Source of the DNA: Treponemataceae bacterium
Lineage (GTDB): Bacteria > Spirochaetota > Spirochaetia > Treponematales > Rectinemataceae
Direction of reading: 5' to 3'
DNA: 64,000 bases
NCBI GenBank assembly: GCA_963667725.2
Contig: CAXXHO010000005.1
Coordinates: 224,001 to 288,000, forward strand
Numbering within the stretch: the stretch's first letter is position 1; each line of letters begins with the position of its first letter. The translations under genes were made by a program, and so were the position numbers. The notes beneath the pieces were generated by a model. It saw only the letters and a list, made by a program, of their open reading frames with translations, searched no databases and had not been told where the DNA came from. Positions 20,521 through 30,500 of the stretch are shown in pieces.

Positions 20521-21459
20521 ATGAAAAGGTTTTTCGGGTTACTTCTCGCTTTTGCCCTAGTAACACTGAGCATTGGAGCACAACCCGTGACTATCGGTTT
20601 TGTTTCACCGGATCAGGGTGCAAGTACGCAGGCGAGAATCGCCAACAAGCTTGAGCAGGTCGCAAAACAGGAAGGATGGAAGATATCCATCTCAAGCGCC
20701 GCCGGTTCGTGGGAGAAGATGGCAAACATTGTTGAGGACTACGTAAGTAAAAAAGTTAGTGCTATCGTAATAGCAATGGGACAAAGCACCTCTATCACCC
20801 CGGCACTTGAAGCGGCAAAGAAGGCAAAGATACCCGTTTTGGCTATCGACTCGGAATTTTCTGATCTATTGACAGCAGATATTCTTACCAACAACTGGGA
20901 AATGGGCGCAAAAATCTCTACATATCTAGTTGACAGGTTGAACCACAAGGGGAATATCGTCGCTTTCAAGTTCGATCAGTTTTATGGAACCAGGTACCGC
21001 GGGGAAATACTCGATACTGTTCTTTCCGAAGAGCCCAATATAAAGGTTTTGGATACTCATTATATTCCCCCTACAGGATATCTTGCTGATACGCAAGCTG
21101 CCATGCAGGCATATCTTGTTAAATACGGTTCAAAAATTGATGCCGTTTGGTGCGCATTTGATGATCTAGCCTACGGAGCTTCTCTGGCAATTAAAGAAAA
21201 AGGCTTCGGTCCTGATGACATGTTTGTTGTCGGTATAGACGGCACTGATCGCAATTTAAAACTCATCAAGAGTGGAACTTCCCCGGTGGTAGCTACGATT
21301 ATTCAGCCTTTTGATATTGCCGTAGATAAAGTAGCAGACTTGATCAAGAAGCTGGTAATTCAGAAGAAGACTGAAAAAGAAGCAATAGGAGCGGTTAAGG
21401 TCATTTATATGGATACGCCCCTCGTTACTTCCGCCAATGTTGATGAATATTTAAAGTAG
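20521..21459 (+). CDS. Sugar ABC transporter substrate-binding protein (RbsB/LacI fold)
   Basis: Signal peptide, AKKAKIPVLAID, D..AYGA, VVGIDG; AAGGAGG RBS. Confidence 0.9.
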   Translation: MKRFFGLLLAFALVTLSIGAQPVTIGFVSPDQGASTQARIANKLEQVAKQEGWKISISSAAGSWEKMANIVEDYVSKKVSAIVIAMGQSTSITPALEAAKKAKIPVLAIDSEFSDLLTADILTNNWEMGAKISTYLVDRLNHKGNIVAFKFDQFYGTRYRGEILDTVLSEEPNIKVLDTHYIPPTGYLADTQAAMQAYLVKYGSKIDAVWCAFDDLAYGASLAIKEKGFGPDDMFVVGIDGTDRNLKLIKSGTSPVVATIIQPFDIAVDKVADLIKKLVIQKKTEKEAIGAVKVIYMDTPLVTSANVDEYLK

Positions 21460-21491
21460 CTCTATTTATTCAGGATTAGGAGTGCTGCTCT

Positions 21492-22979
21492 ATGATTCTG
21501 GGAATTGATATCGGAACGACTTCTTCTAAAGCGATTGTAGTAGATGAAAATTTGAAAGTTGCCGGAGAAGCTCGGATCAGTCACTCTGTCGACACTATAA
21601 AACCTGGTTTTATGGAGCAAAATCCTGAGATTTGGTGGGCCGATCTATGTCGGCTCACCAAATCTTTGTCTGAAAAAGTTGATTTGGCGAAAATAAACGC
21701 AGTGGGCTTAAGCTCGATGGGGCCAAATATCCTGCCGGTTTCATCATCAGGGCAAGCATTGAGATCTGCTATTCTATACGGAATAGATACAAGGGCATCT
21801 GCTGAAATTGAAGAATTGTCCAGTATTTTAAGATCAGATGAGGTTGCACATATTTTCGGTCGTTATTCTTCACAATCGATATTGCCTAAGATTTTATGGA
21901 TTAAGCATAATCAAAAAGAGATATTCGAATCAACAAACAAGGTTTTGACGACAAATGGCTATGTAGGGTATAGGCTCACGGGAAACTATTCTCTTGATTA
22001 TTTTACCGCCTCCGCTGGTGGTCTTATCGATTTTTCTGGAAATATTCTCTATGAAAGCAGTTTCCAGGCGGCAGATATCTCTTCTGCGATAATTCCGGAT
22101 TTATTATGGCCAGGAGACATCCTGGGGACAATTGATATAGAAGCTTCAAACGCTACAGGGCTTCCCAAAGGCACTATGGTGATTGCCGGTACAACGGATG
22201 CCGCAAACGAAGCGGTACTATGTGGATGCACAGAACCTGGCGATTCTGTTATATCGCTTGGCGGAACTTCGATATTTGTCACGTGCACTGATAAACCAGT
22301 AATGATGGAAAATGCTCTTGTCTGCAATTATCTGGACAGGAATTCTTTTATAGTCGGCGGTGCTACTGGTTCGGGTGGACTTTTAATGGATTGGTTTTCC
22401 GAGAAAATTTGCGGCTCTTCGCCGGAAAAGATACAATCGTTGATTCCGGAAAAAGAGCTTTATGAGACAGAACTTGTTGCCCTGCCGTATTTAAACGGAG
22501 CGAGAAATCCTTTAAACGACAAATCAGCAAAGGGGCTAATTCTAGGGCTAACATCGAATTCACAGTTAAAAGATATTTATATGGCATTTATTGAATCTTT
22601 GGCGCTGGAAATAGAAATGATGGTAGAAGATATATCAAAAATACTGAAGATCAATACTAATCTCAGGGTGACGGGAGGGGGATCGAATAACGAAATTCTG
22701 GTACAGGCAATTTGTGAAATACTACGCATGGGTATTGAAGTTCTTCCAAAGGAAATGGGCTCTGCCGCAGGAGCGGCGGTATTGGCAGGAGCCGCACACG
22801 GAAATTGGACAATAGATCAAGCAGCTAAAATGGTTCCAATAAAAAAACAGTATGAGAACTCAGGAAAGCATGACGCATATTTTTCTTTAAAGAAGGAAAT
22901 CTTCAGAAAAGCCTATAAGGTAAATCAGAGCATATTTACAGATCTGAATAATCTGGCAGGAATGGCGCACAATAACTAA
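21492..22979 (+). CDS. FGGY-family carbohydrate kinase (xylulokinase-like)
   Basis: LGIDIGTTSSKA, LPYLNGARNP, VTGGGS. Confidence 0.9.
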   Translation: MILGIDIGTTSSKAIVVDENLKVAGEARISHSVDTIKPGFMEQNPEIWWADLCRLTKSLSEKVDLAKINAVGLSSMGPNILPVSSSGQALRSAILYGIDTRASAEIEELSSILRSDEVAHIFGRYSSQSILPKILWIKHNQKEIFESTNKVLTTNGYVGYRLTGNYSLDYFTASAGGLIDFSGNILYESSFQAADISSAIIPDLLWPGDILGTIDIEASNATGLPKGTMVIAGTTDAANEAVLCGCTEPGDSVISLGGTSIFVTCTDKPVMMENALVCNYLDRNSFIVGGATGSGGLLMDWFSEKICGSSPEKIQSLIPEKELYETELVALPYLNGARNPLNDKSAKGLILGLTSNSQLKDIYMAFIESLALEIEMMVEDISKILKINTNLRVTGGGSNNEILVQAICEILRMGIEVLPKEMGSAAGAAVLAGAAHGNWTIDQAAKMVPIKKQYENSGKHDAYFSLKKEIFRKAYKVNQSIFTDLNNLAGMAHNN

Positions 22980-22994
22980 GTGAGAATAGAACTT

Positions 22995-24086
22995 ATGGAA
23001 AGAGTATTAGCAATTAATCCTGGGGCTACCTCAACAAAAATTGCGGTTTTTACCGGAACACAGAATACCTTTCAAAAGCTAATTGAACATAAATTAGAGG
23101 ATCTAGCGCACTATGAACATATCATTGACCAGTTCGGTTATCGATATAGCGTAATACTATCCTCTCTTAATGAAAATAATTTCCCTTTATCGGACCTGGA
23201 CGCTGTTGTGGGACGAGGCGGCATGCTCCAACCGGTTGAAAGTGGTACCTACAAAGTCAATGATTGTATGATTGAGGATCTGAATGCCGCATCCAGAGGA
23301 GAACATGCCTCCAACCTCGGTGCGTTATTGGCTAAAAAGATTGCCAGCGACAACGGAATCCCGGCGTTTATCGTTGATCCAGTATCAGTTGATGAAATGG
23401 ATGATGTAGCACGCATTTCAGGGCTGACCGAGTTGCCCAGGGTCAGCCTTTCTCACGCGCTCAACAGCAAAGCTATTGCAAGGAAAGCGGCTGACCAGAT
23501 CGGCAAAAAGTATGAGGCCCTTACTATTATTGTAGCTCATCTGGGAACCGGGATTTCTGTTTCCGCACATAAGAATGGCAGGATGATCGATGTAAACAAT
23601 GCCCAGGAAGAAGGACCATTTTCTTCTGACAGATGTGGTACAGTTCCTTCTTATCGACTTGTTAAAATGTGCTTTTCGGGAAAGTATTCAGAAAAGGAAA
23701 TACTAAAAAAGCTAATGGGGTCCGGTGGATTACATTCTCTAGTTGGCATGAAGGATATCAGGAAGATTGAAGAACTGGCTACTACCGGTAATAAAAATGC
23801 GGATATCGCTCTCAGGGCGCTTACCTATCAGATAGCTAAAGAAATCGGGGCTATGGCAACTGTATTCTTTGGAAATCTTGATTGTATCGCCATCACCGGA
23901 GGAATGGCTTATTCAGAAAGAATAGTGAAAGATATTACATCCCGTATAGAATTTTTATCTCCAGTACTGATTTTCCCCGGTGAAGATGAAATGGCATCTC
24001 TGGTTCTTGGTGTTCTTCGTGTTTTGAGGGGTGAGGAAAAAGCGAAAGTATACGAAGGAGCTCGATATAGTGGAAAGGCTGAATGA
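22995..24086 (+). CDS. buk: Butyrate kinase
   Basis: INPGATSTK, GRGG, HASNLG, HALNSKA, AHLGTGIS, ITGGMA, PGEDEM. Confidence 0.93.
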   Translation: MERVLAINPGATSTKIAVFTGTQNTFQKLIEHKLEDLAHYEHIIDQFGYRYSVILSSLNENNFPLSDLDAVVGRGGMLQPVESGTYKVNDCMIEDLNAASRGEHASNLGALLAKKIASDNGIPAFIVDPVSVDEMDDVARISGLTELPRVSLSHALNSKAIARKAADQIGKKYEALTIIVAHLGTGISVSAHKNGRMIDVNNAQEEGPFSSDRCGTVPSYRLVKMCFSGKYSEKEILKKLMGSGGLHSLVGMKDIRKIEELATTGNKNADIALRALTYQIAKEIGAMATVFFGNLDCIAITGGMAYSERIVKDITSRIEFLSPVLIFPGEDEMASLVLGVLRVLRGEEKAKVYEGARYSGKAE

Positions 24087-24969
24087 TTTTGTCGATGCTG
24101 CCCGTTGTCTTGGTTCGACTACTGTTGCTGTAGCGGCCGCGGAAGATATTGAGACGATTGAAGCGGTGCGCAATGCGATTTCCCAAGGATTCATAAAAGC
24201 TATACTTGTAGGCGATCAGCCCAAGATCCTGGCTCTCTGCGGAACCAAGGGATTGCCTGATGGGGCCAGGATTGTACATGCAGCGTCATTGCCTGACGCT
24301 GCGTGGAAAGCAACAGCCATTGTAAAGTCCGGCGAGGCAAACGTGCTTATGAAAGGGTTGATCAATACAAGCGATTTTCTTAAAGCTGTCTTAAATCCTG
24401 AAAATGGACTTAGGACAGATCGTTTGCTCAGTCATTTGGCTGTATTTGAAATTCCCGGTGAATCAAAACTGGTATTTCATAGCGACGGGGGTATGGTTGT
24501 TCTTCCAAAACTTGAGGAAAAAAAAGCAATACTTCAAAATGCGCTGGACGCATTACACCGGCTAGGAATTAAAAATCCTAATGTAGCGATATTGGCCGCA
24601 AACGAAAAAGTGAATCCAAAAATCCCGGCAACTACCGATGCAAGGGCAATAGTTGATGCATGGGAAAGGGGCGAGTTTCCACGGTGCATTATAGAAGGCC
24701 CTATAGCGATAGATGTTGCGACGAGTGAAGCAGCCGCTGAACATAAAGGAATAAATAGTGCAATCGCGGGGAAAGTGGACCTTTTTATATTTCCATCCAT
24801 CGAAGCCGGCAATATTGCGGGAAAAATTCTTGTTCGCTATGGAAAAGCAAAAATGGCCGGTATAATATTAGGTGCGGCAAAACCGATAGTTCTGGTTTCC
24901 AGGTCTGATAACGCTTCCGCTAAAGTGTTTTCGATAGCCTTGGCCTGCCTTGCTTCCCGAAAGATATGA
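24070..24969 (+). CDS. ptb: Phosphate butyryl/acyltransferase
   Basis: LMKGLINT, LLSH, EGPIAIDVA, HKGI, EAGN, VSRSD. GTG start behind AAGGAG, overlapping buk. Confidence 0.9.
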   Translation: MERLNDFVDAARCLGSTTVAVAAAEDIETIEAVRNAISQGFIKAILVGDQPKILALCGTKGLPDGARIVHAASLPDAAWKATAIVKSGEANVLMKGLINTSDFLKAVLNPENGLRTDRLLSHLAVFEIPGESKLVFHSDGGMVVLPKLEEKKAILQNALDALHRLGIKNPNVAILAANEKVNPKIPATTDARAIVDAWERGEFPRCIIEGPIAIDVATSEAAAEHKGINSAIAGKVDLFIFPSIEAGNIAGKILVRYGKAKMAGIILGAAKPIVLVSRSDNASAKVFSIALACLASRKI

Positions 24970-25063
24970 AAAAGGTGATTCTGCCTGGAAGGGGCTAAAA
25001 AGAAAATCCAGGTTTGAATTACAAATATTACGTGAGCACCTAATTCTTCAATTTGCTTTTCGC

Positions 25064-25855
25064 TCAATTGTCACCGTACGGAATGAGGGGCAAGCCCAGC
25101 TCCTTTAAAAATTCATTATGCTTTTTCGTCGCTTCGGAAATACTTTTCTCAATATTTAACAAATCGTTGTTGACCGCTTGAAGGTCTATTTCCTCTTCTT
25201 GGACCGCGGTGCTGATATAACGGGTAATGTTGAGATTGAAGCCGTTGGTGGTAATCTCCTCCATGGACACCCTACGCGAATAACGCTCTTCTTCTTTCCG
25301 GAATTGATAGGTGGAAACGATTTTTTCAATGTGGTCGGGGGATAATTGATTCTGCCTTTTGCCCTTTTCGAAATGCTCGCTGGCGTTGATGAAAAGCACA
25401 TCGTCGGGCTTCTTGCATTTCTTGAGTACAAGGATGCAAACGGGGATGCCTGTCAAGAAAAAGAGGTTGGCCGGCAGACCTATGACAGTATCGATATTGC
25501 CGTCTTCCAGAAGTTTCCGGCGAATGCGCTCCTCGGCCCCGCCGCGGAAGAGTACTCCTTGCGGAAGAATGATCGCCATGGTGCCTTCGTCGGAGAGGAA
25601 ATGAAAGCCATGCAGGAGGAAAGCAAAGTCAGCGGCGGATTTTGACGCCAATCCATAATTCTTGAAGCGGAAGTCCTCAGCCAGGGCGTCGTTTGGCTCC
25701 CAGCGATAGCTGAATGGCGGATTGGCTACTACCGCGTCGAATTTCTGTTTCTTCGCGGGATTCTGTTCCCTGAGGATGTCCCAATCATTGAGCAGCGAGT
25801 CGCCATGATGAATTTCAAATTCAGAGTCCTTGACACCGTGAAGGAGCATATTCAT
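25064..25855 (-). pseudogene. hsdM: Type I RM methyltransferase HsdM, C-terminal part (interrupted by IS, 5' end deleted)
   Basis: MNMLLHGV, VANPPFS, GVLFRGGAE, FNLNITRY. Frame continues beyond the IS at 27586-27675. Confidence 0.9.
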
Positions 25856-27585
25856 CCTGGATTCCCGGAAAATTATACCAAGGGAAAAATAATAGCACAT
25901 AATATATAGAAATAGCAGTGAACAGGTTCTATGCATTGGTATATACTATAACAATGTAGGAGAATCCCATGCCACAGCGAATCCAGAACATTAATGGCGT
26001 TCTATACGTTTATGAAGATCGTGCATCATGGGATAAAGCTACAAAGAATGCAAAACACACCAGGCACTACATTGGGAAAATGGTAAACAATGTCTTTGTT
26101 CCCAACCCAAAGTATCTTCTCGAGCGTGAGCTCGAAGCTGTAAAAAAAAAAGAAGCGAGGCCCGGCTCAGATTACCTTGAGCACTCGCGAATTTTATGGA
26201 GCAACCTATCTCTTTGATCAGATAGGGGAAAAGCTTGGTATTACCGCTGACATAAAAACCTGCTTTCCTGATTTCTGGAAGCAGCTGCTCTCCATTGCCT
26301 ATTATCTTATTCTGGAGGATAAGAATCCCTTAAGCCGCTTCCCTCGATGGGCTCAAAATCATCGCCATCCCTATGGAGAATCAATTCCTTCCCAAAGGTC
26401 GAGCGATCTCTTTGGAGCCATTACGGAAGATGCTAAACAGAAATTCTTTCTCTTGCAGGCAAGAAGAAGGCTCGAGGAAGAATATCTTGCCTATGATACA
26501 ACCTCCGTGTCGTCTTATTCAGAGCTTATTAAGCAGGTGCACTATGGGAGGAACAAAGATCACGAACCACTCGCCCAGATCAACCTCGCCTTACTATTTG
26601 GGCAATCGTCACGACTTCCCGTCTACTATAGAAAGCTTGTCGGCAACATCAATGATGTCTCGACCATAAAGCGTCTTATTAGCGATCTTTCGTTTCTGGA
26701 AATCGACAAAGTAAAACTTGTCATGGATCGGGGATTCTATAGCGAAGACAATATGAATGCTTTATTTGAAAAGCATTATAAGTTTCTTATTGGTGTTAAG
26801 AAGTCCCTTCGCTTTGTTCGAGATATCCTCGATGACGTGCGGGATTCGATGAAAACCAGGGCCTGCTATAGCTCTGATTACGGAATCAACTACTATAGTA
26901 AAACCATCGAATGGTCGTATACAGCAAAGAAACCTCGATCGAACGTGACGGAAACGGGAACGCGAAGGGTGTATCTGCATCTGTACTTTGATGATCAAAA
27001 GGCCGTCGATGACAAGACGGTATTTAACTCGCTCCTTGATACGCTTGAAGAAGAGATTATGACAAACCGGCGGACACAGGAGCACGAAACCTTATATCAG
27101 AAGTATTACGATATCAGTACAACGCCGATACGCGGAACGTCCCTTGTCCCCAAACAGGACGCAATAAGCGCGGTAGAAAAAAACTATGGGTACTTTGCCC
27201 TTATGTCAAATGATATCAAGGATCCTCTCGAAGCCCTTGTAATCTATCGACTAAAAGATCTTGCAGAGAAAGCGTTTCATAATCTGAAAGAGCGGCTTTC
27301 CATGCGACGGACTTCAGTATCTTCGGAGGAGCATCTTGAAGGCAAGCTGTTCATTCAGTTCTTGGCACTGATATATCTTTCATATATTGATAAAGCAATG
27401 AGCGACTAAAAGCTCTATAAAACAATGACAATGCACGATCTTCTTGATGAACTGGATATTATTGAATGCTTTGGACATCCTTGCCATCGATTGCATTTTG
27501 GTGAGATTACTAAAAAGCAAAAATCTCTTTATGCCGCGTTAGGCGTCGAAGATCCCTCATTGGTATAAATGTTTGGGAATTCAGG
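25856..27585 (+). mobile_element. IS1634-family insertion sequence in hsdM (1730 bp, defective transposase)
   Basis: 25-bp TIRs (CCTGGATTCCCGGAAAATTATACCA / TGGTATAAATGTTTGGGAATTCAGG, 20/25 match); 6-bp TSD ATTCAT at 25850-25855 and 27586-27591. Confidence 0.92.
25969..27568 (+). pseudogene. IS1634-family transposase, frameshifted and with a premature stop
   Basis: YDTTSVSSYS and MDRGFYS motifs; frameshift at the A10 run (26142-26151); in-frame TAA at 27407-27409 with homologous frame continuing to TAA 27568. Confidence 0.85.
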
Positions 27586-27675
27586 ATTCATCCGCGCCAG
27601 GTTATAGGTGGTGATGTTCTTTCCCTGGCCAAAAAATTTTCCGATACCATACGTTCCTATTTGCTTTCGGACATT
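27586..27675 (-). pseudogene. hsdM: hsdM internal fragment upstream of the IS
   Basis: Translates NVRKQIGTYGIGKFFGQGKNITTYNLARMN, contiguous with MNMLLHGV once the IS and one TSD copy are removed. Confidence 0.85.
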
Positions 27676-27676
27676 T

Positions 27677-28299
27677 GATTTTTCAATATTTGAGCCAAGT
27701 GGCTAGCAACTGCGATGGCATTATTATCGTCCAAGGAAGAAATGAGATCATCAATGTACAGATACTTTACCCAAGAATATTGCTCTTGTTCATCGACGGC
27801 AAGTTGCGCAATGGCGAGATAAAAGCACCATATAAATATGTTTTCTTCTCCGCGTGAAACTTTTATATGATCAATGACTTTTTTTTCGTTTTCATAACGA
27901 ACCGTTCTAATAAAGTTAACAGTCCAGTCTTCGGTGTTAATTTTAAAATCAATATCTGAATAGCGGTGCAGAAATGAACGTATTCGGTTATCCATTTCCA
28001 GAGCTTCAAGACCAACAAAAAACTTAATACTGGTGTTAAGCTTAAGAGTTCGATCAGAGTCGGCATCTAGATCATTGTCCCACATAAAAAGGTCTTCAGT
28101 AAATGCATTATAGTAAAGCGTATCTCTGTTATCTTGTTTTTTCCTGCATCCTTAAAAGCCATAGATAGTCTTGTTTTACCCGTACCATTATAAGCAAATA
28201 GTAAAACATACTTTTTTTGTTCAGGCATTCATTACGAAGGTAGCTTACCAGATCGTTGAAATTTTCAGTCTTGGTAAATGGCATAATCTTTTCTTTCAT
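27677..28299 (-). pseudogene. prrC: PrrC-like anticodon nuclease, N-terminal ABC-ATPase domain only
   Basis: FAYNGTGKTRLS (Walker A), LYYNAFTEDLFMWDND, KVSRGEENIFIW, YIDD.ISSLDDN. Two frameshifts in A-runs; fused to the hsdM fragment before the nuclease domain. Confidence 0.8.
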
Positions 28300-28495
28300 T
28301 TTGCCCCCTCATCGATAGTTGGGAACAACTGTCGCATCAGGCCTTTTTTATGAGCCTCAAGCACTTTGATTTTTTTGGTTTGGGCGGCAATTAGGTCATC
28401 AAGGGAGGAAAGACAATTAGCTATTTTTTATTGTTCGGTGAATTTTGGTAGAAGCATCGGGAGGTTTTTTAATTCATCCAGCCTAATTCTTTTTC
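28296..28495 (-). pseudogene. hsdS: Type I RM specificity subunit HsdS, C-terminal remnant
   Basis: LP..EQ*KIANCLSSLDDLIAAQTKKI..L..HKKGLMRQLFP conserved region with an in-frame TAA; ATGA overlap with prrC. Confidence 0.8.
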
Positions 28496-28497
28496 TA

Positions 28498-29747
28498 GTA
28501 CCCTGTAACATCTAAATATTTCCAGTGAGAACAGGATACAGTCGTTTAAGCTTTGTCCTTGCATCGTGAGTCGTGAATTGCCAATCAACACCGCGTTGAT
28601 TTTTGTTTCGGCCTACAGACCAACTTAAAAGTTCAGTATTCAATGTACCGAGACAATCTATATTTTTTTTTGCCAAGCACTGCCGACCAAGGGCAGAAAG
28701 TTCAATTTCAGTAATATTGAGCCAACTCTCATGTTTTGGTGTGTAGTGAATCTCCAGCCGCTGGGAGAGTTCGAATGCTTTCCATGGTGGGAATGAATCG
28801 TATAACGATGAGATCCCATGGGTATTCAAATTATCCATTACGAGAACGATCTTTTCAGCTGCCGGATAATCAACCGTGAGAAGATGTTCAATTTGATTTG
28901 CCCAGTCAACACGGGTTCGATGTTCATGAGCGTCAGCGGCTCGCCACCCTTTCAATGGTTCAGTGAACAGAAAAATACTGCAGGTACCCTTGCAGACATA
29001 TTCGGGATCTTGCCGCTCTGGTTTTCCTTTCTTCATAGAAATACGGCGGCGTCGATCAGCCATTAATTGAATCGGCTTTTCGTCCATGCATACCACCGGA
29101 CGATGAACGTTATAAGGCCTGCTATATACCTCTAGGACATCTTCCATGGCGGCAACAAAGCGGCCATTGTGCTGGGGAGGAATGCACCAGCATTTCTTCA
29201 GGTGCGGCTTAAATTCGTTTTTTTTAATGTCCGATTGATCGTCATTGGAGAAATGGAATCGATAATGCCGAGTTCAACGCATTTATCGGCCAATAATCGA
29301 ACCGTCCAACGCGAATACCCTTCAGGAGGACTACTGCAGCACAAGGCGATGATGTGCGCCTCAACATCGCCAGTAACCTTTGGTGCGACAGGCGGTGTTG
29401 CCCTTTTCTTTCTCTGAAGAAAGGATTCAAGAGAAGGGCTGCGCAAGAAAGCGTCTTTAACGACTTGTATTGTTTGCCTACTTACCTGACAGGTCGAAGC
29501 AATTTGCTCATCATGAAGCGGTAGATGGCCGGTTGAAGTATCCAGGGCAAGAATTATTTGAGCTCTTCGGGTAAGCCGCACGCTTTTCGATCCATGAGAT
29601 AAAAAGGCAAGCAACGTGGTACGCTGCTCCGAGGATAACACGATCTTTTTCTTGGTCTTTGCCATACCGCTACCCTCCTTAATGGTACACCATTTAGAGG
29701 GTAGCATGGGAAACATTTATTGTAAACTATTAGCTGTTACACAGTAC
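28498..29747 (-). mobile_element. IS630-family insertion sequence
   Basis: Ends CTAGTACCCTGTAACATCTAA / TTAGCTGTTACACAGTACTAG (18/21 inverted match including flanking TA in CTAG context). Confidence 0.85.
28512..29665 (-). CDS. IS630-family transposase, two ORFs joined by a frameshift (HTH 29198-29665 plus DDE 28512-~29220)
   Basis: [40 protein letters not shown]8 slippery run at 29218-29225; AAGGAG RBS. Confidence 0.85.
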
Positions 29748-29750
29748 TAG

Positions 29751-30500
29751 TCATAGTCGATCATTGCCGAGGCGAAAAGCACAAACTCAAAATCCAGCTC
29801 CTTAACGATGTCGGATTCATCGCCCCATTTCGCCTGCTTCGCCTTGATACGTTGGGCGGTTTCCAGATAGACGCCCCGGAGTCACCAGTGAAGATCATTA
29901 GGCAACACCGTCTCGATCTTTTCATGGTCCTGCGGACTTAAGTCGGTGTACTGATCCAGCTGGGTTTTCAGCCGCTGCATTTCCTTGAAAAGGTTGATGA
30001 ATTGACCTCGCGCCGTATCGCCTTTAAGGTTGGCTACCTCTTCCGACGCGAACTCCAGACCTTGAGATTTCATGAACGTATTCAAAGCCAAAACGGCTTT
30101 TCCAAGATTGCCGATCATTGTCGGCGCTGGATCGACCAGCCAGATTTCCTTAGCCCGATCCGTATTCTCCCCTGAGAAAAGGGCGATCGCCTCGTTTACC
30201 GCATCCTGCTGCTGGCGGAAATCCAAAATATTGCCATAAGGTTTGGTGTCGTTGAGGATACAGTTGGTGCGGGAAAAAGCCTGTATCAGGCCATGGTACT
30301 TGAGGTTTTTGTCGACATACAGGGTATTGAGATACTTGGAGTCAAAACCGGTCAGGAGCATGTCCACCACGATGACCAGATCGATTTTTTCCTCATAAGG
30401 AGAATCTTGGTTGGTATACTGCTGATCCTTTATGCGCTTCTGGACATCCTGATAGTACAGGTCAAATTCGTTGATAGTGTGGTTCGTTTTATAACAGGCG
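29751..30500 (-). pseudogene. hsdR: Type I RM restriction subunit HsdR, internal fragment
   Basis: IVVDMLLTGFD, LYVDKNLKYHGLIQAFSRTN, G.ILDFR; in-frame TGA at 29882-29884; ends at FASAMIDYD against the IS630. 5' limit approximate. Confidence 0.85.

Noticed and set aside
14447..22979. Canonical AI-2 lsr operon
   Set aside because: No lsrG, only one permease, and an extra dehydrogenase, aldolase and buk/ptb; I could not recognise the kinase and binding protein as LsrK/LsrB specifically.
25856..25936. N-terminus of the 290-aa hsdM ORF in the track
   Set aside because: Derived from the IS left end read on the minus strand; not HsdM sequence.
12620..27585. Composite transposon formed by the two IS1634 elements around the catabolic operon
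   Set aside because: Each IS has its own distinct TSD on both sides (CTGGAC and ATTCAT), and the second sits inside hsdM, so they are independent insertions.
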